A DNA stretch of 42,462 nt, from IMG/VR virus record IMGVR_UViG_3300009103_000065, positions 1 through 42,462 of that record. One strand, written 5' to 3'. Every line of letters starts with the position of its first letter. The first letter of the stretch is position 1. Below are positions 1 through 10,528 of the stretch, one piece after another. The position numbers and the translations under genes were made by a program. This DNA comes from a virus. Its lineage: Duplodnaviria; Caudoviricetes. Below the pieces are notes generated by a model that made no database searches, was not told where the DNA came from, and saw nothing but the letters and a program-made list of their open reading frames with translations.

Positions 1-256
1 CCTTATTGACGATATACCCAAACAACTTTATATTCCCCAACACCAACTTTTCAATTTTTTGTTGTCGAGGAGGAGGTTGAGGACTAGGATCATTCTTAAC
101 AGGGGGAAAGGGGGTAGGCCTGGATGCTTTGGAGACTTTATTGTTTAAAAGCTTTAAATTGTCCTCCATGACCTGAACTCTTCTTAACAGCTCTTCTAAT
201 GTTTTCTCCATGCTATAAATAGAGTCTATAGCAGATTGCTCTCTCGATTTACTCAT
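1..256 (-). CDS. Hypothetical protein, 3'-truncated by the window edge (not in the ORF track)
   Basis: ATG at 256 preceded by AGAGGA. The frame reads MSKSREQSAIDSIYSMEKTLEELLRRVQVMEDNLKLLNNK... with no stop before position 1. The N-terminus looks coiled-coil. Confidence 0.8.
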   Translation of the reverse strand, partial: MSKSREQSAIDSIYSMEKTLEELLRRVQVMEDNLKLLNNKVSKASRPTPFPPVKNDPSPQPPPRQQKIEKLVLGNIKLFGYIVNK

Positions 257-349
257 TTCAGATCCTCTACGGTTATTTGCTAACTATCATTAGTGCAAAT
301 ATATTGTACCTTGTTGGATGACTTGATATGTAAAAATCTGAACTAATCA

Positions 350-736
350 TTATATCGCAGGGTCCTTTTGAGGCGTAATCTCAGGGTTAGGCTCTGGCTC
401 TGCGTCATCCTCATCCTCATCAATATCGTTTGTGTTGGGGGGAGGTATAGGGCTTCCTATTTCTTTAGCCCTTATTTGTACTTCCTCAAAGCCTCTTACA
501 TGCTCGACATCATCTTTTAAGATGCTTATTGCTTCGTCTATAATCCAAGAAACTTCTTCATCATCGACTCTAAAATTTGAAAATTCCTTTATAACATTAA
601 ATAGCCTGTCTCGATCCTTATCTTTTACAGCACTTACTATTTGACGAAAAGCCTCACAATCAACCTCTGTTACTTCGCTCCAACGCTCTAGCCTTATATA
701 TCTGCTTAATAACTTTTCTTTTCTTTGTCTATTCAT
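350..736 (-). CDS. Hypothetical protein with acidic/Pro-rich C-terminus
   Basis: 128-aa ORF with TAGGAAG SD-like site, 11 nt downstream of the 1187-aa gene and on the same strand as its neighbours. Confidence 0.75.
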   Translation of the reverse strand: MNRQRKEKLLSRYIRLERWSEVTEVDCEAFRQIVSAVKDKDRDRLFNVIKEFSNFRVDDEEVSWIIDEAISILKDDVEHVRGFEEVQIRAKEIGSPIPPPNTNDIDEDEDDAEPEPNPEITPQKDPAI

Positions 737-747
737 TATACTTCCTA

Positions 748-3700
748 TTATTGATCATCTGAGTAATTTCCTGCCTCTATAAGGCCAGATAAAGTGGCGG
801 TTGGATGAATCTGGAGTATGCCAAAGTTATTTCCAGAAGGAACCCCCTCTGCTCCACTTACATTTTTTGCTATATTCCCCGTTACCACTACGCCACTATA
901 GTGGTTATCACCGTTTATATAGCAAGGTCCAACTCCAATTCCAAACCAATTAAAAAAGCAATTTGTTATCGTAACATTACCAAGTGTAACATTATCGTTA
1001 AATTCTGGGCCAATAAAAATAGCCGCTTCATCGAATTTATTCGGAATTCCTTTGAAGTTAATTTTATTAAATCTAAAAGATGCATTTGGCGAGTGTGCGG
1101 AATCAATTTCTTGGATAAGCAGAAAAGCAGTTCCGTAATCATTAAGAAAAGGAGACGTTTCATAAGTAAAATTTTCAAAAACTACGCCATTAAATATATG
1201 TTCTGACGAACCCTCGTTCAGCCCGGGCCGGTGACCTCCTATTAGGATCGCCGGAACATCCTGAGGGTGCGCTGGATGACCATTATTTAAATCCCCACCC
1301 CTTGTAATGCGAGTTTGAGGCCCTACTCCTGAAAACTTTAGATCAAAGTCAATTATGAGTAATTCTTTTATTATATAATGACCCTCTTTTACCGTTATGC
1401 TTGGGCTAGGCATGTCTGGAAACATTTTTGTAAATTTTCTTGCATAATCTACAGCTTTTTTAATATCGGTAAAGTGACCAAACCTCTTGTCATTCGCAAC
1501 AGTTATGTCGGCTATAACCTTATAGTCCAGATGGTCAACAAATAATCTTAAATCTGTTATAATTGGGTCATAAGCCCAAGGAGAACCTCCCGGTGGTATC
1601 TCGACATAAGCTATATGCGCTACATTTTGATTGAAGAAGGGAGATATATATTCTCCTCCCACATTCAATTCCGGAGCAACAAGCAAGCATCCTTTTCCAT
1701 CTATAGCTACATAAAAATTTGAGGTAGGAGGGTCATTATAGTTATAATATAGATTATTTATGCCTAAGTACTCTACCCTTACTCCATTTATAACGCCTAC
1801 ACCTGGATTGACATCTATTCTGCATGTCTTTCCATCAAGATTATCTACTACAGACGCTGAGTCTGTAATGTCAAGATCCCTTATGATTCCAGAGCCTCTA
1901 AGCTCATTTCTTGGACCTTGAATATATCTTTCTAGAAGATTTTCGCTAATGATAGTGTCATCAACTGTTCCAGTGGTTCTTTTGTCGACTATCTGCGGAA
2001 TCCCCAGGCTTGATGACGGAGACCCCATTATAAATCCCAGCTCCGATGAAAAAACAATTCTCGAAAGATGCATCACATCGTCTTGTATCTCTGTTGCTCC
2101 AGTTATAGTCACAATATCTTCTGCCGCAGGTGCGTTATGAGAAAATACATCTAGGATTACATAATTAAATTTATCTGGAGAAAAGATCTTGTACCTACCG
2201 GAAGAAGCCACATAAACACTTTCTCCTACCGCTGTCGAAGAGACATCTTGCAAAAAAGCCATTCCATCTGTTCCTACTGTTAACTTAAATTGCTCACCAT
2301 TGGTAATAAACCCTCTGGATAGATCTGTAATTGTTGCGTAAAAACCTGAGACCTCATCTATAAAGTGATTAGCCATATCGGCTCTTTTTTTGTAATTTAT
2401 ATCACCAGAATCTGTCATAAAGACATCTATAAGAGTAAGGCCGCTTCCTGCTTCAAAATTAAGTTCGCCTACCGGAGCAGAACATCTTTGGATAAATACT
2501 GCAGCGTCATCTTCCAAAACTCCAGAAAATGTAAACCCTGTTGAATCTAATATTAAAGTGTTATCTTCAACAGAGTGTATTCTATAGGTCCCATTATCGG
2601 ATTCTTCCGAAGAGCCCTCAATTGTACATAAATCACCCTCTCTAATTTCTTCGCTTAAAAAATTTATAGCTACGGTTACTAAGTTTGTAGTTCCAATATT
2701 TATGGCTACGCTTTCAGACGAATATTTCTTTATATTTCCAAAGGAAGTAATAAGCTTGCCGTTAATATGGCATGTATTTCCCGACAAGCCCTCTATTTCC
2801 CTGTCTAGTATATATTCTAGCCCCAAGGCTTCATGCGCAGAATTTGATGATGCTGTTGTAATCTTTAAGGTTCTATTTTTTACATCTTCAATAAAATTAG
2901 GAAGAATGTGTGTTATAGCTAGCTCGTAACACTTTAGAGCCCTCACTTTATATGCAAATGCATTTAACTTATTGTCTACTGAATATTGATTTATGCTATC
3001 TACAATTGTATCTACTGTCTGCACATCATAATTTGTATTAAAAAGATCTATCTCATGCGCTATGCCGTCTATTTCTATTGATAGGATATTGGAAGATGCA
3101 TTTTCTATGTTGCTAGCCCTAATGCCTGATGATATAATTGTTGCCGCATTTGGATTCGCAACCTGAACATCGGGGGTATTAGACCTCAGATGCCTTGGTC
3201 TAGCAGAACAATTTAGACCATTTTCATTATATGTTGTATATATGCTTTTTGATATACGAGCATTAACTCCAACCTCCATTGGAAACTTTGGCCCGCCAAA
3301 AACAGTTACAGATTGAAGAGCCTCAGAGGGAAGCAATGTAACGCTATCTATCAGGTAATCTCTATTATCAGTAGAGTTTGGTGAGTCTAAAATAGTAAGA
3401 ATATCAAAAGGCTCTATTGTGGCCGTTGGCGTTGGGTTGCTAAAAAATGAAATAATTTCTCTACTAGTCCCATCTGGCCCGGCCCAAGATACTTCGGAGG
3501 CTGATACAAGTAACGACCCACACTCGTTGTCCTCTTTTTCATCAAATGTTGAACCTGTGCGTATTAGTCCATTAGAACTTAAATTTAATATAGAGTCTCT
3601 TAGGGACTTTCCTTGAACAGCCGCAATTTCATCTATTGCTCCCTGAACACTGCTAGAAGAAATTATATCGATAGTCTCTTCGTTGTCGTAAAACAACTGA

Positions 3701-4311
3701 CCCGCATTATGAGAGTTATTCTCGGGACCCACACCTTCTCCCGTATAACTTATATGAGCATTATATAGATCTTCAAGCGCTTCTTGCAAAGTGCCTTCCT
3801 GAAGACTTACTGCTGCAGAACTCGAAGGCTCCACTATTGCCGACTCAACTGTTATTGCTTTGGCGTAGTGTCTGTTCTTCGCATCAGGATGAACGTGGGC
3901 AGAAAGAAGGGCATTAAGCTCCTCAAGGCTTATTATGAATAAAGCAATTCTATTATCTATAATAGATATTTGATCTTGAAGTAATTGAGTTGGAAAATTT
4001 AAATCAAGCTTTCCTTCTGAAATTGCCGCAACCTTAGATACATCTTCATTGGATACAGGCCCAGACAGGAGTCCTGATCTGTCTAGAGCGTCCTTGGTTA
4101 TATTTCCATTATCATCAAGAGCGTTATTAATCCTAGAAGCAACAGTATTTCCTGCGGCCCCCTGAGGGTTAATTCCTAAAGTTTTTTCTATATTAAATAT
4201 AGCAGACCGGAGGCTGTTGAGAACATCAGACCCTATCTCTGTTATATTGTCTCTTATAACAGGTATCTCGACCGATGTGTCTAGCTTATTTGGATAATTT
4301 GATTTTGACAT
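748..4311 (-). CDS. Tailspike/tail-fibre-like virion protein, paralogue A, with C-terminal beta-helix (pectin-lyase-like) region
   Basis: 1187 aa, GGAGG SD. The N-terminal ~950 aa are clearly homologous to the 1833-aa neighbour. A typical beta-helix entry motif (FTDIKKAVDYA...ITVKEGHY) is followed by repeats such as VTITNCFF and VVVTGNIA. Confidence 0.65.
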   Translation of the reverse strand: MSKSNYPNKLDTSVEIPVIRDNITEIGSDVLNSLRSAIFNIEKTLGINPQGAAGNTVASRINNALDDNGNITKDALDRSGLLSGPVSNEDVSKVAAISEGKLDLNFPTQLLQDQISIIDNRIALFIISLEELNALLSAHVHPDAKNRHYAKAITVESAIVEPSSSAAVSLQEGTLQEALEDLYNAHISYTGEGVGPENNSHNAGQLFYDNEETIDIISSSSVQGAIDEIAAVQGKSLRDSILNLSSNGLIRTGSTFDEKEDNECGSLLVSASEVSWAGPDGTSREIISFFSNPTPTATIEPFDILTILDSPNSTDNRDYLIDSVTLLPSEALQSVTVFGGPKFPMEVGVNARISKSIYTTYNENGLNCSARPRHLRSNTPDVQVANPNAATIISSGIRASNIENASSNILSIEIDGIAHEIDLFNTNYDVQTVDTIVDSINQYSVDNKLNAFAYKVRALKCYELAITHILPNFIEDVKNRTLKITTASSNSAHEALGLEYILDREIEGLSGNTCHINGKLITSFGNIKKYSSESVAINIGTTNLVTVAINFLSEEIREGDLCTIEGSSEESDNGTYRIHSVEDNTLILDSTGFTFSGVLEDDAAVFIQRCSAPVGELNFEAGSGLTLIDVFMTDSGDINYKKRADMANHFIDEVSGFYATITDLSRGFITNGEQFKLTVGTDGMAFLQDVSSTAVGESVYVASSGRYKIFSPDKFNYVILDVFSHNAPAAEDIVTITGATEIQDDVMHLSRIVFSSELGFIMGSPSSSLGIPQIVDKRTTGTVDDTIISENLLERYIQGPRNELRGSGIIRDLDITDSASVVDNLDGKTCRIDVNPGVGVINGVRVEYLGINNLYYNYNDPPTSNFYVAIDGKGCLLVAPELNVGGEYISPFFNQNVAHIAYVEIPPGGSPWAYDPIITDLRLFVDHLDYKVIADITVANDKRFGHFTDIKKAVDYARKFTKMFPDMPSPSITVKEGHYIIKELLIIDFDLKFSGVGPQTRITRGGDLNNGHPAHPQDVPAILIGGHRPGLNEGSSEHIFNGVVFENFTYETSPFLNDYGTAFLLIQEIDSAHSPNASFRFNKINFKGIPNKFDEAAIFIGPEFNDNVTLGNVTITNCFFNWFGIGVGPCYINGDNHYSGVVVTGNIAKNVSGAEGVPSGNNFGILQIHPTATLSGLIEAGNYSDDQ

Positions 4312-4323
4312 TATAACCTCCTA

Positions 4324-7300
4324 TTACCCACAGTGATAAGTACAGGCTGCTAAATAAGCCTTGTACTTAACCCCATTATGATCAACTGTATCTAAAATAA
4401 CATTCCAATCGATATCTTCAACACACTTTGCCACTGTATAACTGTGCAATATATCATCATCCTGCTTCATTCCATATCCTGAAATTTCCGATGAAGATAT
4501 ATAATCACCATTTGATACTTCTCCGTTATAATTAGTAACCAAAACGCGGCCCTCCCCAATAGAGTTAACTACCGCCAGTGTCTCATCCTCCCGCACACCA
4601 TTAACCTCACGATATCCGGCATAAGTATCTCCTCCTATTTCACACAAAACCCCATAAGCCTTAATGTCATTATTAGAGGAAGAGACCTCAACCTTTGGTA
4701 TCGCAGTCGATACGTCTACAACATAATTTGTCCATATTTCTCCGGTCGAAGACATAATCATCCCCACGACGGCCCCTGTGTCTTTCTTTGTCAATGACGG
4801 GTGCTTTCCTGTAAAAGCACTTTCAAAATCAACCCCGCCCGCCGGCAATGCATGGATTCGTCCCATCTGAGTTCCAGCAGTTCGGTTAGACATATCATTG
4901 GACCCGCAGGTAAATCTTGCAAACACATGTCCATAGGTGGCGGACCCTACTGGCGGTGTGACCATAAGCTTTAAAACATCTCCCTGGGTACCGCCCCCTG
5001 TATGTGCCATGACGCAGACGTGACTTTGTCCTTGACCACCATCACCGAACATACGAACCGTATTGGTTCCGGGCGAGAACGAAATAGGAGTATTTGGCGT
5101 AACTACATCTATACTGGAACTTCCGATATTGATAGCGGTGTTCATATTGGAATGGCTAGGCGAAAGAAGAATAACACCATCGCCGGTGATAGTTCTGCCG
5201 GATATACGAAGATCGTTTGTGTCCGGGCCAAACTGCACGGAACCACCGAGGTGGTTAAGAAACAGGGTGCCAGTGGCGTCTGCCTCCTCCTTCGCCTGAA
5301 TTTCGTTCCTATCAATAGCTATATGCTTGTTCCCGCCGAAACTTGATGATTCACCAATCAGCAGAACTCCAGATGGCTCTGAATCAAGAGTAACATCTCC
5401 TCCTCCGAAAACCCTAAATGTTCCATCTTTATATACTTGCGTAGCGGGCTTCCTGCCACCGCTGGTATCTGAAACGTAGGTAGTAATCTTTGTAGGATGA
5501 TTTTCATTAGAAAGATTTGTGCTCCAATCACCAGCAGCTTGGCACAGAATAACAGCTCCGTACCGATGCACATCATTGGGAGAGCTTGCCGACTCTTTTC
5601 CGCCAAACCAGATCTCACCTAAGCGATCGCCATCTTCTATGGTTGCCTCAGGTTCATAGCGACTGAAAATTAGTTCCGAGCCTTCGTCGCTGACGGTACT
5701 ATTGGACCATAAACGTAATGTAGCAATACTGTCTTTGACATTTATATCCCCATCCTGAAGATTAATGCTGCCTTGACTAATATTAATGTTGCCCGAAGAC
5801 ATATTAATATCTCCATCGGTATATATGTGTCCTTGCTCCTGCTGAATATTACCCATTGTTATATGTAATATTCCAGATTGAATGCCAACGCCTCCGTTAA
5901 CCTGAAGCCCATCAGTGTATGTTCCAGATTCAATATTAACGCGACTATCAGTAAAGAGAGATGCAGTTGCCCCAAAGCCCGTTTTTCCACCAACACTAAG
6001 GTCTCTGCTTATTCTGTCTCCCCAGCGATGTCGCATGCCCATGGCCGGAGGATCAATATAAGAATTCATGCCATCTTCGGCATCTGCCAGTATATTTCCA
6101 CGAAACTCTATATTATTTTCCCAAGGAGCATTGCCTAAGTCAAATATATTTCTGACGCCCCCATCATGGGCGTTCCAAACCATCCAATTTAATCTGCCAT
6201 CAATCTCTCCATCACCTGTTCCTCTAGAAACATTATTTAAAAAACTTATATTTCTGTGATCAGATGGATGAAAGGGAGCTCCACTAAATAAGGCATATGA
6301 GTTTAAAAACTGACAATTTGATATAGATAAATTTCCTACATGCTGGCCGCCGCCTGCAGGGAGTATGGCAGGAGCGCTATCTACCTCTGCAAACATTACG
6401 CTATAATTATGCAAATCAAAATCAGCCTTTTCAGATCTATCGAATATTAAACCATCAATCTGAACCCCCCAATTTAATTTGTGTTCATCTATATGCTGAT
6501 AGTCTCTTACCCAGGGATCCAGTATTGCTATTGAACAATTCTTCATTTTAAAGTTGCTCAATGTTACAAAGCCATTCTTTATAGTATCAGCATTTCCGTT
6601 AGGAACCGTCTGAAGTCCTGGCCCTGCAATAAAAAGAAAGCCGTTATGCCCCGGCACAGGTTGGCCTGCGTCAGCTCTATCATCACTTTCTTCTCCAGCG
6701 TCAGTAAATATCTTCATCATATCAAGAGTCGTAGAGTCACCTTCTCCTGTTATATTTACAGGGAAGTTTATCCAGCTGCCGTGATAAGATGCAGCTTGAC
6801 GCTCAATCTCCCAGTCATGATCTATCTTAGCAACTCCCGTATCTACGACCACTCTATGAGTTCCAGATTTTAAGTGAACTGTTGGAGTTCCAGCTCTCGG
6901 AAACATATCTACAAATCTTTTCGCATATTTTAATGCTTCGCCAAACTCTGTAAAGTGACCCATGCCCCTCTGAGGGCTTACTGTCACAGCATTTAAAACC
7001 GTAAGATCTAAGTCGTTAAGAAAGAGTCTTAAGTCTATGGCAACCGGGGGGTTGGTTCCATCATATTCTATAACGCTTAATATGCAGTGTGAATCAGCGT
7101 TAAAAGGACAGGCGCAAGATCCGCCTCCTCCGCTGCCACTCGCTCCAGCAAAAACAATTTCTCCCCATTCATTTATTGCAATAAAAACTTTATCGGCATC
7201 AGCCGTTGTAACGTCTGATATAAGATCAGTATATCCACTGAAAATAAATTTCTTACCCTTTACATAGCATGCGCCTCCAGCTATATTCACAACATACTCT

Positions 7301-9825
7301 TCACTGCCATCCAGATATAAAGGCTCAGCAGCCGGTGTTAATTTGAGCCCCTCTGTAACACCATTGGATCGAGTTTCGCTTATAGGGCCCTGATACACCC
7401 TATTTAATGCCTTCGAGCTAAGATCTTTATCCGATGTAATTCCCGCCTCAAGCTTTTTAAATATTCTTGGCAAATTTGCTCCGGCTCCAGTTATTCTTGA
7501 AAACAAAGAATCAAAATGAACCCTCGCCAGAAGTAAGTTCTCTTCAGGATTTATGTCCTGCTCCCCAAAGAGCTCTATCTGAAAGGGGGCTCCTAATGCA
7601 TTATCAATTTTCGCTTTAATAAGACTGGAGCTTTCTACGAAAACCAAAAGCGTTATATTATATGCTCCTGATTTTAATCTAATATAACCAGAGTTAACAT
7701 CGGGAATCCCAACAAGGGCTCCTCCGTCGAGCGATAATTGAGGTATACCATCTGCCGTCAATGAAGCTTCTATAACGCCGGGTGAATCATCTGTATATAA
7801 CGATATATCTCCATCGAAATCGCAGGGAGCAATAAGGCTGTCGCTTGCAGCATGTACTGCAATTGCATACTCCAGCCTTGTATTGTAGAATACATCTCTA
7901 TCTTTGCTTAAGAACACGTCAACTATAGCGGCATTAGATCCGAGAATACCTTCTGGCCGAAGAAAGTCGAATACCGCCAAGGATACTGTGCTTTTTAATA
8001 TATAAAAATTAGAACTTTCGGTCGCCTCATCATTCCAAACATTACCTGTTAACTGTTTGTTATCAACCGTAATGGATGTCGAACTAACCTCCTCTATAAC
8101 ATAAGTTCCGTTATCAGAAGAGGTGTTTGTAATAACAAGAAGATCTCCCTTTGCAATTCCATATTCAAGAAGATCTATTCCAACTGCATGAGACGTTACT
8201 GCGGAAGTCCCCTCCAGAAGGGCCAGGCCGGTCTGTTCAAGTTTTATTCCAAGGCCCGAATATGCCTCGCCCTGTATATAATATTCTGACCCAGAGCCTT
8301 GATCTACAACCTCACCCTCTATATGCCCAAAGCCTAAGGAGTCTATTGCATCATCGCCACCCCTTAATACAGATAAAGTAAACGCCTGTGTTGAAGTACT
8401 GGGAAGAGAGTGGACAAGCGCTACTTCGGGACTATGAAGATCATCATAATCAACCCTGTATGCCAAAACACTGGCTCCTTTTTTGGCAAACTCAACATTC
8501 ATAGCCTTAATTATAGAATCAATAGTTTGGCCAGCAGCAGCAGCGCCATCATATACATCTATCGTAATCTCTGTTTCGTCATCTACAACAACCTTTATGT
8601 ATCTATTGCCAAGAGATATTTCAGATGGCCTTATGCCCTTAGATACAATGGTGCTAGAATCAGGATTTGCTATTTGGACTATATTTATATTTGTAGCTCC
8701 AGGGAAATGTCTAGCAGAGGCCAGCAATCCCGCCGGGTTAGCCGTTGTGTTTAAGTTTTTAAAAACTTTAACTCTATCCAATGGATCTGAGTCTCGACTT
8801 AGAGCCCCAAACACTTTAATAGATAATATAGTTGATCCAGCATACTGTACGGAATGTACCTGATAATCAGAAATATCCTCGTCAATCCCGGAATAAATTC
8901 TGAGAATATCTGATCTCTCAATAGGTTCGCTTGGAGTTGACGGCATATCTGAAAAAGTTACTGAAGATAGCCTGGTTGTTTCTCCTGGGCTATACTTGTA
9001 GTACGTAACCCTTTGTTCGTCCAGCAACATGCGGCCAGCAGTTCTATCTCCGGCTCCAGCTATAACAGAAGTTCTTAAAGTCCCGTTACTATGGTGACGA
9101 TTCTGATGACCCTCAACCTGTCCTCTTGTGGCGTTAAGCACATCGATAATAGCGCCCTGAACATCTTCGGAATATATATAGGCAGATACATCTGTTTTGT
9201 CGAAGAAAAGCTGTTTTGCCTCATGAGATCTATTTGCTTCTGATATATCTGATCCACTGTAATTAATATGCGACGAAAATACGCTCTCAAAAAGCTCCTG
9301 AGCAGTTTGCCTTTCTGAGGAAACCATGCCAACGTCTGATTCCGCCTTGCCTATCGCGTCTATAGTTATTGCGTGACCTTTGTGTCTATTTTTCGCCTCA
9401 GGATGAGTATGCGCGGCATATAAAAAAGCCAGTTCTTCTAAGGTTGCTGAGATAAGCTCAATTTGTTTTATAAGCTGAGAGATTTCATCTTGCAAAAGTG
9501 TTGTGGGGTACTTTAATTTTAATTTTGACTCATCAATCCCAGCAGCCTTGGATACATCAGAATCAGTAATAGGCCCAGAGAGCAGCCCGGCCTTATCTAA
9601 GGCTTCTTTTAAAATGTTTCCATTTCCATCCAGCGAACGATTAATCCTCGACGCTACGGTATTGCCTGTAGCGCCCTGCGGGTTAATCCCTAAAGCCCTT
9701 TCTATATTAAATATAGCAGACCTAAGGCTATTAAGAACATCTGAACCTACCTCTACTATATTATCTCTAACTGCAGGTATCTCTATTGATGTATCTAATT
9801 TATTTGGATAATTTGACTTTCCCAT
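4324..9825 (-). CDS. Tailspike/tail-fibre-like virion protein, paralogue B, with beta-helix, fibre repeats and C-terminal intramolecular-chaperone-like domain
   Basis: 1833 aa with the shared N-terminus (KSNYPNKLDTS.EIP..RDNI.E.GSDVLNSLRSAIFNIE). Beta-helix entry FTEFGEALKYA...VHLKSGTH, heptapeptide repeats (GDINMSS/GNINISQ/GSINLQD/GDINVKD), and C-terminal FTGKH...NSIGEGRVLV...GDYI..S...GYGMKQ...YTVAK...CTYHCG. Confidence 0.7.
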   Translation of the reverse strand: MGKSNYPNKLDTSIEIPAVRDNIVEVGSDVLNSLRSAIFNIERALGINPQGATGNTVASRINRSLDGNGNILKEALDKAGLLSGPITDSDVSKAAGIDESKLKLKYPTTLLQDEISQLIKQIELISATLEELAFLYAAHTHPEAKNRHKGHAITIDAIGKAESDVGMVSSERQTAQELFESVFSSHINYSGSDISEANRSHEAKQLFFDKTDVSAYIYSEDVQGAIIDVLNATRGQVEGHQNRHHSNGTLRTSVIAGAGDRTAGRMLLDEQRVTYYKYSPGETTRLSSVTFSDMPSTPSEPIERSDILRIYSGIDEDISDYQVHSVQYAGSTILSIKVFGALSRDSDPLDRVKVFKNLNTTANPAGLLASARHFPGATNINIVQIANPDSSTIVSKGIRPSEISLGNRYIKVVVDDETEITIDVYDGAAAAGQTIDSIIKAMNVEFAKKGASVLAYRVDYDDLHSPEVALVHSLPSTSTQAFTLSVLRGGDDAIDSLGFGHIEGEVVDQGSGSEYYIQGEAYSGLGIKLEQTGLALLEGTSAVTSHAVGIDLLEYGIAKGDLLVITNTSSDNGTYVIEEVSSTSITVDNKQLTGNVWNDEATESSNFYILKSTVSLAVFDFLRPEGILGSNAAIVDVFLSKDRDVFYNTRLEYAIAVHAASDSLIAPCDFDGDISLYTDDSPGVIEASLTADGIPQLSLDGGALVGIPDVNSGYIRLKSGAYNITLLVFVESSSLIKAKIDNALGAPFQIELFGEQDINPEENLLLARVHFDSLFSRITGAGANLPRIFKKLEAGITSDKDLSSKALNRVYQGPISETRSNGVTEGLKLTPAAEPLYLDGSEEYVVNIAGGACYVKGKKFIFSGYTDLISDVTTADADKVFIAINEWGEIVFAGASGSGGGGSCACPFNADSHCILSVIEYDGTNPPVAIDLRLFLNDLDLTVLNAVTVSPQRGMGHFTEFGEALKYAKRFVDMFPRAGTPTVHLKSGTHRVVVDTGVAKIDHDWEIERQAASYHGSWINFPVNITGEGDSTTLDMMKIFTDAGEESDDRADAGQPVPGHNGFLFIAGPGLQTVPNGNADTIKNGFVTLSNFKMKNCSIAILDPWVRDYQHIDEHKLNWGVQIDGLIFDRSEKADFDLHNYSVMFAEVDSAPAILPAGGGQHVGNLSISNCQFLNSYALFSGAPFHPSDHRNISFLNNVSRGTGDGEIDGRLNWMVWNAHDGGVRNIFDLGNAPWENNIEFRGNILADAEDGMNSYIDPPAMGMRHRWGDRISRDLSVGGKTGFGATASLFTDSRVNIESGTYTDGLQVNGGVGIQSGILHITMGNIQQEQGHIYTDGDINMSSGNINISQGSINLQDGDINVKDSIATLRLWSNSTVSDEGSELIFSRYEPEATIEDGDRLGEIWFGGKESASSPNDVHRYGAVILCQAAGDWSTNLSNENHPTKITTYVSDTSGGRKPATQVYKDGTFRVFGGGDVTLDSEPSGVLLIGESSSFGGNKHIAIDRNEIQAKEEADATGTLFLNHLGGSVQFGPDTNDLRISGRTITGDGVILLSPSHSNMNTAINIGSSSIDVVTPNTPISFSPGTNTVRMFGDGGQGQSHVCVMAHTGGGTQGDVLKLMVTPPVGSATYGHVFARFTCGSNDMSNRTAGTQMGRIHALPAGGVDFESAFTGKHPSLTKKDTGAVVGMIMSSTGEIWTNYVVDVSTAIPKVEVSSSNNDIKAYGVLCEIGGDTYAGYREVNGVREDETLAVVNSIGEGRVLVTNYNGEVSNGDYISSSEISGYGMKQDDDILHSYTVAKCVEDIDWNVILDTVDHNGVKYKAYLAACTYHCG

Positions 9826-9865
9826 TAAACTTCCCTAAACCTATATATTCTACCGACTAAGCAAA

Positions 9866-9872
9866 ATTAGTA
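9866..9872 (-). promoter_or_regulatory. Candidate late promoter TACTAAT
   Basis: 40 nt upstream of the 1833-aa gene; one of ten intergenic copies of the motif. Confidence 0.55.
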
Positions 9873-9887
9873 TTAAACCAAATGGCA

Positions 9888-10331
9888 TCAGTTGCGTTCC
9901 ATGCTATCAATTATTGCATCTGTAGCGAAAAAGGCACCTATGGTTAAGGTTATGCCTAACGCTAAATAACCAAGGTTCTCCCACGTCTGAAGCTGATCTC
10001 TTTTATTGTATCTCTCAAGAAGGTCCCCCTGTGTGTTTAGCAGGCCCATGTACCTTGCATTTTGAGACTGAGAATAATCTAAATTTAGTCTATAAAGGTC
10101 AAGCTGCTTAAGCCTTACGCCCTCTAGACTCTTGTATTTTAGCAGCTCCTTCTCTTTAGCCTCAAGTTCTTCAATTCTCTTAAGCAAATTAGTTGCATCC
10201 TTTATAGTAAATACATAGGATTCTTCTTTTAAAACTGTACCTTTCGGCATAATGTCCCCTGCCATCGCAACATTGGGAGCAAGAAGAGCAAATATGCAAA
10301 TAAGTGCCGGTATTGTTTTTTTCAAAATCAT
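9888..10331 (-). CDS. Exported coiled-coil protein with C-terminal membrane anchor; possible spanin component
   Basis: Signal peptide (MILKKTIPALICIFALLAPNVAMA), central coiled coil, and C-terminal hydrophobic segment (LGYLALGITLTIGAFFA). It lies in a membrane-protein cluster. Confidence 0.45.
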   Translation of the reverse strand: MILKKTIPALICIFALLAPNVAMAGDIMPKGTVLKEESYVFTIKDATNLLKRIEELEAKEKELLKYKSLEGVRLKQLDLYRLNLDYSQSQNARYMGLLNTQGDLLERYNKRDQLQTWENLGYLALGITLTIGAFFATDAIIDSMERN

Positions 10332-10528
10332 ACTTCAACCTCCACTCTCTCTATTGAAGAAACAGGTTTAACTTTATCCTCATCTACGATAGACTCCATC
10401 TCCATAATATCTATAATTAGATAACTCTTTCTTTTGGCCGTTTTATGGACTATGGAAACTAGCTTATTATAAATATCTTTATTTTCTTTGCCAATATCAT
10501 TAAGCAACTTATTTATCTCTCTGTTCAC
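10328..10528 (-). CDS. Small hypothetical protein
   Basis: 66 aa, GTG start directly after the upstream stop and ATGA overlap with the downstream gene, so it fills the gap exactly. Confidence 0.55.
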   Translation of the reverse strand: MNREINKLLNDIGKENKDIYNKLVSIVHKTAKRKSYLIIDIMEMESIVDEDKVKPVSSIERVEVEV

